Assembly: GCA_903952785.1 (NCBI GenBank)
Contig: CAJBHC010000076.1
Location: 1 to 37,357 of the forward strand
Length of the DNA: 37,357 nt
Reading direction: 5' to 3'
Origin: an uncultured bacterium
Lineage (GTDB): Bacteria; Patescibacteriota; Minisyncoccia; Phycocordibacterales; CAIZLB01
Shown here: positions 8,592 to 18,100 of the stretch, piece by piece
Position numbering within the stretch: the stretch's first letter is position 1
Layout: each line of letters starts with the position of its first letter
The notes under the pieces: model-generated
What the model was told of the DNA's origin: nothing
What the model saw: the letters and a program-made list of their open reading frames with translations, nothing else
The model's database searches: none
Program-made: the position numbers and the translations under genes

Positions 8592-9923
8592 TTATTCCAA
8601 CCCCAAATTTCCATTTGCTCGTAGCTCCGGAAACTCAGTTTGATTCCAATCTAGATGATCTTTGTCTAGTTTGGCGATAAAATGACCTTTTGAATATTGT
8701 AAAAATCCAGCGATTCCAATCATTAGAGAATTGTCGGTTGAGAGATTTTTTTGAGGGATTAGTAGTGTTACGTTTTGCTCGTCGTTTTCAAAAGTAAACT
8801 CATTTTCAATCATTTTTTTAAAGGACTCTTTGATATAAGTATTTGCAGAAACTCCACCGCCAATAATTAACGTGTTTGCTCCACTTATCTCTAACGCTCT
8901 TTTTGTCTTAGAAATTAAAACATCAGTCACCGCTTGTTCAAATTCAGCGCAAAGTGAAGCCTTGTCACCTTCGGTTAATTCTTTAATTTCTCCAGTTGTT
9001 GAGTTTTTTGTATTATCTCGAACTGCATAAAGAACAGAAGTCTTGAGTCCTGAGAAAGAAAAATCGCAATCTTTTTTTGTAATCATTGGACGAGGTAGGT
9101 CCCAAGGAATGCTTGCTGAATTATTTTGTAATGCAAATTCTCCATCTCTCCATCTTTTTGCTAATGCGGAGATTTTTGGACCACCCGGATATTTTAACCC
9201 GATAATTCTTGCAACTTTATCAAAAGCTTCGCCGACGGCGTCATCTCTAGTCTGTCCAAGTAATTTATAATCACCCCATGAATTAACTTGTACCAATTCT
9301 GTGTGACCCCCAGAAATTAAAAGGGCAACGGCAGGGAAGTTTATTTTTGATCCTTCTTCTAATCCTTTTTCAAATCTGCCTTGATCATTATTGGATTTTT
9401 CTTCGTTAATTAAAACTGAAGTGATGTGACCCTCCATGTGATTTACTGGAATGATTGGAATCTGCCAAATGAAGCTCAATATTTTTGCACCAGTTATACC
9501 AACCCAAAGTGCTGGTTCAAGCCCAGGTCCTGTTGTTATTGCAATAGCATCAATGTCTGGTTTTTCATATTTTGAAAAAAAGTCTTGCAATTGATCTCGC
9601 AATTCTTGTTCTCTATCAGATAGAGAAGATAGCGCGTCGTCAACAAGTTCCTTGGATTGATCAGCATCCTCTGATTTTTCTATAATCATGCCTGCACTCT
9701 TTAGTGCCGAGATCAAAATTGGGGTAAAATTCTTGATGTGTTCACGTTTAGCAAGTGTGGGAAAAACACCTCCAAAATCTGCATGTGTCTCAATTTGGGA
9801 ATGTAGGGCGTTCCCTAGGATTTTGAAGACCGGTTTTTCATTGGGCTTTTCACCTATAAATTCACACTCCAAAACAGATATGGCGGTCTCATCACAACTG
9901 GTCTCTATGGACAGTATTTTCAT
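8592..9923 (-). CDS. tsaD: tRNA N6-adenosine threonylcarbamoyltransferase TsaD, with acidic insertions
   Basis: MKILSIETSCDETAISVL N-terminus, HMEGH metal motif, GGGVSAN. At 443 aa it is roughly 100 aa longer than typical TsaD because of insertions. Confidence 0.88.
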   Translation of the reverse strand: MKILSIETSCDETAISVLECEFIGEKPNEKPVFKILGNALHSQIETHADFGGVFPTLAKREHIKNFTPILISALKSAGMIIEKSEDADQSKELVDDALSSLSDREQELRDQLQDFFSKYEKPDIDAIAITTGPGLEPALWVGITGAKILSFIWQIPIIPVNHMEGHITSVLINEEKSNNDQGRFEKGLEEGSKINFPAVALLISGGHTELVQVNSWGDYKLLGQTRDDAVGEAFDKVARIIGLKYPGGPKISALAKRWRDGEFALQNNSASIPWDLPRPMITKKDCDFSFSGLKTSVLYAVRDNTKNSTTGEIKELTEGDKASLCAEFEQAVTDVLISKTKRALEISGANTLIIGGGVSANTYIKESFKKMIENEFTFENDEQNVTLLIPQKNLSTDNSLMIGIAGFLQYSKGHFIAKLDKDHLDWNQTEFPELRANGNLGLE

Positions 9924-10001
9924 ATCCTTATTTAACTATATTTTTGGAGTTAAGTACAGTTTTTAGTAGAGAACATAAAACTACGGGTTTTATAAATATT
10001 T

Positions 10002-11975
10002 ATGTTAAAATATAAGCCAATGAAAAAGTTACTTTATATTCTGTGTTTGTTAATGCTTCTTTTGTCATTTCAATCAGTTGGTGCGCAGGCGGGCAAAAGT
10101 TACTACTACAAATCATATGATGTTGATATCACAGTTCAAAAAGATTCAAGTTTTAATGTCGAAGAGAGGCAGTTGTATTCCTATACTGGAAATTTTAATA
10201 AAGGGTACAGGAACATTCCATTCAAGGATATAAGTAGTATCTCTAATATTGAAGTAGTAGACGGACAAACTGGTTCTCCTCTTACATATTCTTCAAAAAT
10301 ATTAGAGAAAACTGATCCAAATAGCTGGGGTAAATATACTTATCATAAGAGTAATGGAGAGATGATTATTGAATGGTATTATGATCTGAAAGACACTGAT
10401 CATCTTTGGATCTTAAAGTACAAAGTGTATGGCGGAATAGGATACTATAAAGATTATGATGAAGTATATTGGAATATTTTTACAAATTATGATGTCCCAA
10501 TAAATTCCTCAACTGTTTATATTAATCTGCCTGCTAACAGCTTTTCTGCTTCAGATCTTAGATCTGCAATATATACAAGTGACGCAAATAATAATCCACA
10601 GATGTGGTACAAAGATTCTGATCAGAAAATTGATTACTTTACTGCTGGTCCGTTTTCTCCTAAGCAATCTTTTACAGTGTCTTTGGGTTGGCCTAAGGGT
10701 CTTTTAAATCAGTCTGATTTTTGGAAATATTGGCTTTTGACAAATTGGGCTTATCTTTCTTCTACTTTAATAATTTTATGGACAATAATTTATCTTTTTA
10801 TCTTTTGGTTACGCAGAGAGCTATTAAAAAAAGGCAGGGGCACGATAATTGCTGAGTATGAACCACCGCATAATTTACCTCCTGCTATGGCGGAATTGAT
10901 TGTCACTGAAAGAAATACCCCTCGAGCATGGTCTGCTACAATTGTTGATCTAGCGGTTAGAGGGTATGTAAAAATAGAAGAAGAGCCCATTACTTTTTTG
11001 AAAAAGATTATCAGAATAATTATTCCAATCTCTATATTTGTATTTTCTTTTGCCATTGTTTTTATTACTGAAGAAGTGTTTCCAGCCCCATTTATTGTAG
11101 GAGCGACTATTTTGATATTACTTTTTATTTCATTCAAAAAAAGCGCTGATTATAAAGTTACAAAACTCAAAGATTTTGGGGCTGATGAAAAATTACACGA
11201 TTATGAAAAGAGATTTTTACGAATAATGTTTTCGGGGAAAGAAAGTTTTAGTACGTATGATATGAAAACAGCGTCCAACGCTGATAAAAGAGGGCTTTAT
11301 TTAGAGATGAAAGAGTTAAAGGAGAAACTTCTGGAAGAGGTCAGCCTGGATGAATCATCTACATATGATATTCCGATAAGTAATCAAAGTAGTTTTAATT
11401 TTATTTACGCCCTACCTATTATTCTTGGATTTGTAGTATTTGGCATAATCATATTTTCTGGGGGCGTTGCTTCATATTTAATCTTAATTGCTGTTATCGT
11501 TTGGTCATATTTTACAATTTTAATCTTCAAGAGATACAACCCAAGACTTTCCAGAGAAGGCCTGATTCTGAAAGAAGAATGGCTTGGTTTTAAAATGTAT
11601 TTAGAGGTTACCGAAAAGTATAGAATGCAGAAATTGACTCCAGAGCTATTTGAAAAGTATCTTCCCTATGCAATGATATTTAAAATAGAGAAACAGTGGG
11701 CAAAGAACTTTGATTCTATTATTACAACTCCGCCTGCTTGGTATGGTTCTTCTGGTCAAATCACTAACGCTGGAGGTTTTGGGTTAGTAAATGGAGTTGG
11801 CACATTTGGAGCATCTAGTAGTAGAATATCTAATTTTTCTGCTTCAGCTTTTTCTTCCTCCTTCAGTTCAAGCTTAGCGTCTGCTTTTGCCTCATCAGGT
11901 GCGAGTGGTGGTGGATCTGGTGGTGGCGGTGGAGCGGGAGGCGGTGGAGGAGGAGGTGGCGGCGGGGCTAGTTAA
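10002..11975 (+). CDS. DUF2207-family membrane protein with poly-Gly C-terminal tail
   Basis: Signal peptide, a YDVDITVQKDSSFNVEERQLYSYTGNFNKGYRNIP N-domain, multiple TM helices, and a GGGSGGGGGAGGGGGGGGGGAS tail typical of DUF2207 proteins. Confidence 0.75.
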   Translation: MLKYKPMKKLLYILCLLMLLLSFQSVGAQAGKSYYYKSYDVDITVQKDSSFNVEERQLYSYTGNFNKGYRNIPFKDISSISNIEVVDGQTGSPLTYSSKILEKTDPNSWGKYTYHKSNGEMIIEWYYDLKDTDHLWILKYKVYGGIGYYKDYDEVYWNIFTNYDVPINSSTVYINLPANSFSASDLRSAIYTSDANNNPQMWYKDSDQKIDYFTAGPFSPKQSFTVSLGWPKGLLNQSDFWKYWLLTNWAYLSSTLIILWTIIYLFIFWLRRELLKKGRGTIIAEYEPPHNLPPAMAELIVTERNTPRAWSATIVDLAVRGYVKIEEEPITFLKKIIRIIIPISIFVFSFAIVFITEEVFPAPFIVGATILILLFISFKKSADYKVTKLKDFGADEKLHDYEKRFLRIMFSGKESFSTYDMKTASNADKRGLYLEMKELKEKLLEEVSLDESSTYDIPISNQSSFNFIYALPIILGFVVFGIIIFSGGVASYLILIAVIVWSYFTILIFKRYNPRLSREGLILKEEWLGFKMYLEVTEKYRMQKLTPELFEKYLPYAMIFKIEKQWAKNFDSIITTPPAWYGSSGQITNAGGFGLVNGVGTFGASSSRISNFSASAFSSSFSSSLASAFASSGASGGGSGGGGGAGGGGGGGGGGAS

Positions 11976-12128
11976 TTTATCAATGCAAGATAATTTTTAA
12001 GCATCGAATTTTTAAAAAAAATAGTAAAAGCAAAACTTTAAATAATTTGTTTAAAGATTATCAAACGCTAAGAGGGGTTGTAACAAAAAGTTATCCCCAC
12101 AAGTTCCACTAATTTCTCACTCACGAAA

Positions 12129-12137
12129 TGCTATAAT
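12129..12137 (+). promoter_or_regulatory. extended -10 promoter element (TGcTATAAT) immediately upstream of the giant surface protein gene
   Basis: TGCTATAAT ends 8 nt before the ATG at 12146. No SD is visible, so the mRNA may be leaderless or nearly so. Confidence 0.4.
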
Positions 12138-12145
12138 TAATAGCA

Positions 12146-15103
12146 ATGAATAAGCAAAGAATAATCATGTCAGTATCGATATTTTTTGCTTTTGTCTTTT
12201 TTGTTTTTCCTAAAATATCTAGTGCTGATGTCTTACTCCCAGGAAGCATAAATACCTGTGGAGAGTTGGCTGTTCCTGGGGTCTATACTCTAACAACAAA
12301 TGTTGGAAATGGCACATCAACTTGTTTTACAATTTCATCTGATAACGTAATTATAAATGGTGGGGGATACACAATATCAGGATCAGGATCTGTTGCAATT
12401 GATGCTCGTCCAAGAACGGGTGGTCCATCAGGACCGCTCACTGAAGGAGCAAATGGATATACCAACCTGATTGTTAATGAATTAAATATCACAGGATACA
12501 CAACGGGAATCAATCTAAGTGGAAATGATGACTCGTCTGGAACAGGCGTAACAAATGGAGCTGGTGGAAATGGAGGAGATGTCGCAATTTATTATTCAAC
12601 TGTTGGTTCTATCACATCTGGTGGAGGTAACTCAACAACCAGGTCTTATGGAGGAATTGGTGGAAACATTCTACTCTCCAGTTTTGATTTAAATATTGCA
12701 AGTAGTACTCTTTCTGTTTTGGGTGGAACAGGAACTGCAGGAAGAAACACTGACGGAGGATTAGACTTGAATTATACAAACTCATTAATTAAAACAAGCC
12801 TGACACTTAGTTCACTTTATTTCTTAAATGATAATACTACAAACTATGGAGTTTACATTGGAGGAACGTGGCCATTGTTTCCGGGGGATATTTCAACTTG
12901 TGGAACTCTATTTGGATCAGGAACTTATACTTTGACTCAAAGTATAACTGGAGTTACTGACACTTGTTTTAAAATTGGATCAAACGATATTGTTCTTAAT
13001 GGTGCGGGATACACAGTGACTTCCGCAACTACTACAAACACTAGCTACTTTGCAAATGCATCAACCTTTTCCAACTTCACTCTTGCTTCTACTACCGCAA
13101 CAAACTTTTCTAATTTTGTAACTTCTTCCTCTACCGTCACAGTGTCGGGAACTATACTTAACCTGAGCAACAAGAGGATTACTTCCCCAAATGTTACAAT
13201 TGATGCAGGAGCATTGACGCTTACCTCTGCTATTTTTTCAACCTTAGTACTTAATATTAATTATTCCGTTTCAATTGCGGGAACGAGTACTGCTACAATA
13301 GCAACAAATATTACATCTTTCAAGATTAATAATCTTGAGTATGGGCCAAGGCTGACGTCTGATGCTCTATTTGGTGATGTGTGGCTAGCAAGAGATAATA
13401 CGAGAAGTTGGTACGGAATTACCTCCTCCGCCGACGGCGCCAAACTTGCTGCTGCGGTATATAACGGCTACATCTACACCTCTCAAGACTCTGGTGCAAC
13501 ATGGGCAACAAGCACAGGTTCAGGAATACACTATTGGAAGGATGTCACCTCTGACGCCTCTGGCACCAAACTTGCCGCGGTAGAAACAAATGGATATGTT
13601 TACACCTCCACTAATGGAGGAATAACATGGACACAGCAAATCTCGTCAGGTTCTCGGTCTTGGAATTCCATCGCCTCTTCAGCTGATGGAACAAAACTTA
13701 TCGCAGGCGTTGCTGGAGGCTATCTTTATACCTCTGTAGATAGTGGAGTGACTTGGAATCAACGTACATTTGATGTTGCAAGATCTTGGTATGATGTTGC
13801 TTCTGATGCCTCAGGCACCAAGCTCGTCGCGGTGGATTATAGCTATGGCTACATCTACACTTCCACCACGTCTGGTGCAACATGGACAACAAACGGAAAC
13901 TCTTCTGGTTCACGTACTTGGTATGGCATTACTTCCTCCGCCGATGGCACAAAACTTGCCGCGGTGGATTATAGCTATGGCTACATCTACACTTCCACCA
14001 CGTCTGGTGCAACATGGACAACAAACGGAAACTCTTCTGGTTCACGTACTTGGAATTCCATCACCTCCTCCGCCGATGGCACCAAACTTGCCGCGGTGGT
14101 TTCGGGTGGCCACATTTATTCCTCTTCAAACTCCGGTACAACATGGGCTCAACGTACATCTGGTGACACAAAGTCTTGGTACACTATCGCATCTTCTGCT
14201 GACGGTAATAAATTATTTGCGGGGACTTTGAGTAGTTATATTTACATAAACTCAAACCTAGATCCAGCATTGTCTGTGGATATAATGGTTCCGCAAGCAA
14301 GCAGTAGTATTTCAACTTGGAATCCTATAGTATCTTGGGGAATTTCTAGAAATTGTTATTATTCATATGATAACTTTGCTTCAACTTCAACTGCAGACTG
14401 TTCACTTAGTGGATCAGACATAATATCTCCTACGACAACCGGAAGTACAACTCTATATGTAAAAGGAATCAATAATAGTGATGAATTGATAACTAAATCA
14501 GTTAGCTTTACTAACAACAGTAATCAAAATATTCAAGTTAATTTACCGGCTTTGAATACTACATATGATGCTATGTCCTGGGTTCCAAATGTTAATTACA
14601 GCACCACAGATGCAGATATTGTAACTTGTCAATATTCATATAATAATTGGGTTTCATCTTCGACAGTAGATTGTGCCCTGGGTGGCTCTGATATATCCCC
14701 ACCACCAGATGGGTATGCTACCTTGTACATTCGAACTGTAGATTCTGAAAATAACGTAAACATTTCTTCAAGCGTTTTTTATTATGAATCATCTCTCTAT
14801 ACATATACGTCTTCAGGTTTAAGATATTGGAATTCGCTTACTGTATCAAATGATGGTAGTAAGATGATTGCTATTGTTGGTCAGGATTCCGGTACAAATT
14901 ATTATGGGCAAATTTATACTTCAAGTAATAGTGGCACAACCTGGACAGCAAGAGAAATAGTCACTTATTGGAATTCATTAGTATCATCATTTGATGCCGT
15001 AAAACTTGCTGTTATTAGTAGTTCCTGGATTTATACTTCAGTAGATGGTGGAGTTAATTGGGTAAAAAAACATCTGCTGGAAGTCGTAATTGGTACTCTA
15101 TAG
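12146..15103 (+). CDS. giant secreted surface protein, N-terminal part (two beta-helix caps, 7-bladed Asp-box/BNR propeller, two Cys-pair modules, first two blades of propeller 2)
   Basis: Signal peptide MNKQRIIMSVSIFFAFVFFVFPKISSA. Repeated W-x-x-I-[ST]-S-x-x-G-x-K-L-A-A ... IYTS-x-DSG-x-TW blades matching the Asp-box SxDxGxTW. The ORF ends 11 codons after an A7 run. Confidence 0.8.
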   Translation: MNKQRIIMSVSIFFAFVFFVFPKISSADVLLPGSINTCGELAVPGVYTLTTNVGNGTSTCFTISSDNVIINGGGYTISGSGSVAIDARPRTGGPSGPLTEGANGYTNLIVNELNITGYTTGINLSGNDDSSGTGVTNGAGGNGGDVAIYYSTVGSITSGGGNSTTRSYGGIGGNILLSSFDLNIASSTLSVLGGTGTAGRNTDGGLDLNYTNSLIKTSLTLSSLYFLNDNTTNYGVYIGGTWPLFPGDISTCGTLFGSGTYTLTQSITGVTDTCFKIGSNDIVLNGAGYTVTSATTTNTSYFANASTFSNFTLASTTATNFSNFVTSSSTVTVSGTILNLSNKRITSPNVTIDAGALTLTSAIFSTLVLNINYSVSIAGTSTATIATNITSFKINNLEYGPRLTSDALFGDVWLARDNTRSWYGITSSADGAKLAAAVYNGYIYTSQDSGATWATSTGSGIHYWKDVTSDASGTKLAAVETNGYVYTSTNGGITWTQQISSGSRSWNSIASSADGTKLIAGVAGGYLYTSVDSGVTWNQRTFDVARSWYDVASDASGTKLVAVDYSYGYIYTSTTSGATWTTNGNSSGSRTWYGITSSADGTKLAAVDYSYGYIYTSTTSGATWTTNGNSSGSRTWNSITSSADGTKLAAVVSGGHIYSSSNSGTTWAQRTSGDTKSWYTIASSADGNKLFAGTLSSYIYINSNLDPALSVDIMVPQASSSISTWNPIVSWGISRNCYYSYDNFASTSTADCSLSGSDIISPTTTGSTTLYVKGINNSDELITKSVSFTNNSNQNIQVNLPALNTTYDAMSWVPNVNYSTTDADIVTCQYSYNNWVSSSTVDCALGGSDISPPPDGYATLYIRTVDSENNVNISSSVFYYESSLYTYTSSGLRYWNSLTVSNDGSKMIAIVGQDSGTNYYGQIYTSSNSGTTWTAREIVTYWNSLVSSFDAVKLAVISSSWIYTSVDGGVNWVKKHLLEVVIGTL
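13828..14091 (+). repeat. tandem 132-nt (44-codon) duplication of one propeller blade
   Basis: 13828..13921 and 13960..14053 are identical over 94 nt (checked base by base). The rest of the unit differs at a few positions. Confidence 0.9.
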
Positions 15104-18100
15104 CTTCAGATACTACAGGTGCCAAACTCGCTGCTGTTGTAAATAACGGATATATCTATACCTCATCTGATTCTGGAGAAACATGGGCGACAAGTACTGG
15201 CTCCGGAGTACGTTTTTGGCGTTCAATTGTCTCTGATACTACCGGCACCAAACTTGCCGCCGTGGCTAATGGAGAATATATCTATACTTCCACAGATTCA
15301 GGTTTTTCATGGGCGACAAGTAGTTTAAGTGTTGGTTCACGTAACTGGTATTCCATCACCTCTGACGCATCTGGCACCAAACTTGCCGCCGTGGTTTATA
15401 ATGGTTACATTTATACTTCCGTAGATTCTGGTGTAACATGGTCAACTAGTACGTCAGCAGGCTCAAGATATTGGAAAGAAATTAAATATTCCTCTGATGG
15501 TACAAGACTAGTCGCCTCAACAGCTTCTACTGAAAAAATATATTTTTCAAATGACAACGGTCTAACATGGGTCAATAGAGGTGTTGATGGTATTTGGAGA
15601 ATACTTGGTTTTAATTCGCAGGGTAACAAGGTTTTTGTATCAAGCTCTGGTTCCTCAATTGCTGACTATATAAATGCAATTGACTTTACCTTTGATATTT
15701 CAGTTAATCAATATATTAAAATTAATAGTCCAATATTGAACGCTGTCTTGACTATTCAATCTTGGCTCCCTTCTGTAGAGTGGGGATTTAATAAAACAAC
15801 ATGTCAATATTCATACAATAATTGGGTCTCAACCTCAACAGCAAATTGTGTGTTGGGTGGGTCGGATATTTTACCACCTCAGTCAGAAGGCTCTAATACA
15901 TTGTATTTGAGGTCTGTTGATGCTATTAATAATGTGAGTATTACGAGTGTATTATTTAAATACTTTAGTAATGGTTGGAACCTCAGGGATTTAAATAAAA
16001 ATATCACATCTATTAGCACAGACATTTCTGGAAGAAAATTGGTTGCATTGACCGGTTCTAGTGTGACATATGATTATATTAACACATCTAATGATGGTGG
16101 ACTAAGTTGGATAGAAAGAATTTCGTCTACAAAACAAAACTGGCAAGGTTTAGCATCTGATGCATTAGGAGTAAAACTTGCAGCTATTGGATCAGATGGT
16201 TATATTTATCTTTCTATAGATTCCGGTATAAATTGGACAAAATCAACATATCTTACATCTAGGAGTTGGTCATCTATCACTTCATCTGCTGATGGATCAT
16301 ATTTAGCTGGAACAGTCAATAATGATTATATGTATTTTTCAACAGATTTTGGTGCAACATGGGCGACAAGTACCGGCTCGATTGCCTTAGGAAAACAAGC
16401 GTGGCAAAAGATTGCATCATCTGTAGATGGTAAGAAATTGATAGCTGCCGTCTACAATGGTTATATCTACACATCTGAGGATTATGGGGTGACGTGGGCA
16501 ACTAGCACATCGGCAGGATTAAGATATTGGAAATCGGTAGACTCATCTGCTGATGGAAGTACTTTGGTTGCGGTTGTTGGTGGAAATGGCGGAATGTATG
16601 ATGGTAGAATATATACATCTTATGACCGTGGTGTAAATTGGGTACCAAGAGATTCATCTAGGTCTTGGTGGGATGTCACTGTCTCGACAGATGGAAGTAA
16701 GATGGCTGCCATGGTTCGTAATTCGAATATTTATAACTCAACAGATGCTGGGGTCACTTGGTCTCCAAGTACAGGTTCTGATCAACTTAATTGGAAGTCC
16801 ATCACATCATCCGCAGACGGTAATAAATTATTTGCTGCTGTCCCGTATAGTGGTGTTTATGTACATGAATTATTGACACAAAGTATGGCGGCTGACATTT
16901 TGCTCCCCCAAAACCTCGCCATCACCACCGCCTGGAACCCCATCATCTCCTGGTCAACCGCCACCTCTTGCTACTACTCATACGACAACTGGGTCTCGAC
17001 CTCAACCGCTAACTGTGCACTTAATGGCTCTGACATCACTCCTCCATCAACATCAGGAACTGTCACACTATATATAAAAGGAATAGACGCTGGCGCTGTT
17101 GTTAAAACAAACACAAGTACTTTCACATACGCTCCTCACTACTGGTGTGGAACGGCTGACTCAAGTTGGACTAACGTAAGTAACTGGTATACTGATGCAA
17201 CGTGTTCTGTCAATAAAGGAAGTATTCCAACAAACACAAGTGGAGTATTTCTTGTTGAAAATACTTCTCCAATCATCTCTTGGTCAACCACCACACTTCC
17301 ACTATTTATTAATTCAACTGGACTCACGGGTGGAGCCAACACAGCGGGGGTAATTTTTGGAGGAACTGCATATAACAGTACGAAAATAGTAGGGAACGCA
17401 ACATTTAATGGCACCTCATACAACGCTGGAGAAATAACCGGTAATGCAATATTCAGTGCTGCATCAAACGGAACTTTTTCTCTTTCTGGCACAATGAAGT
17501 GGGATGGGACAATCGCTGGAACAATTAAAGGAGGAGATACATTGGATATCACTAATTTATTATTTAATAATTCAAGTAGTAACGAAACAACAATCGGAAA
17601 TACGATTTATGCTGTATTTAATGATAGCGCATCCAACAATGGAACAATAGACGGAAATGCAACATTCAATAATACTGGATTGTTCACTATGGGTACAGTT
17701 AACGGAACAACAACAATGAGTGGGTTAAGTCAGACATTAAATGGCGTGAACAATGTAGTTAATCTTGTAAAAAATATTGCAACAGTTATAAGAGACACTC
17801 TCTTCATCACTTCAGGTTCAATATTAAACATATCAGGTGGAACAACAATACAGGGGTATGATGCTAATAACTTATTAACCATTCAATCAACAATTCCAGG
17901 AATTCAAGCCTCACTTGGTATTAACGGAACTTCAACTTTAAATTATTTACGTATTAGGGATATCAACAACACTGGAGCAAACATTAATCTTTCAACCAAT
18001 ACAGTATTCAACGATGGTGGAAACACTGGCTTTACATTTGATGGAAGTAAGGCGATGGTACCAAGAGAAGGAATGACAAGTTCATATTTAAATGGAACAG

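Noticed and set aside
11880-11975. (GGN)n tract that looks like a simple-sequence repeat.
   Set aside because: It encodes the poly-Gly tail characteristic of DUF2207 proteins, so it is coding low complexity and not a separate element.
13400-16900. Regularly spaced ~130-nt repeats that could suggest a CRISPR-like array.
   Set aside because: The repeats are in-frame protein blades (Asp-box propeller) within one long ORF. There are no short identical repeats separated by unique spacers.
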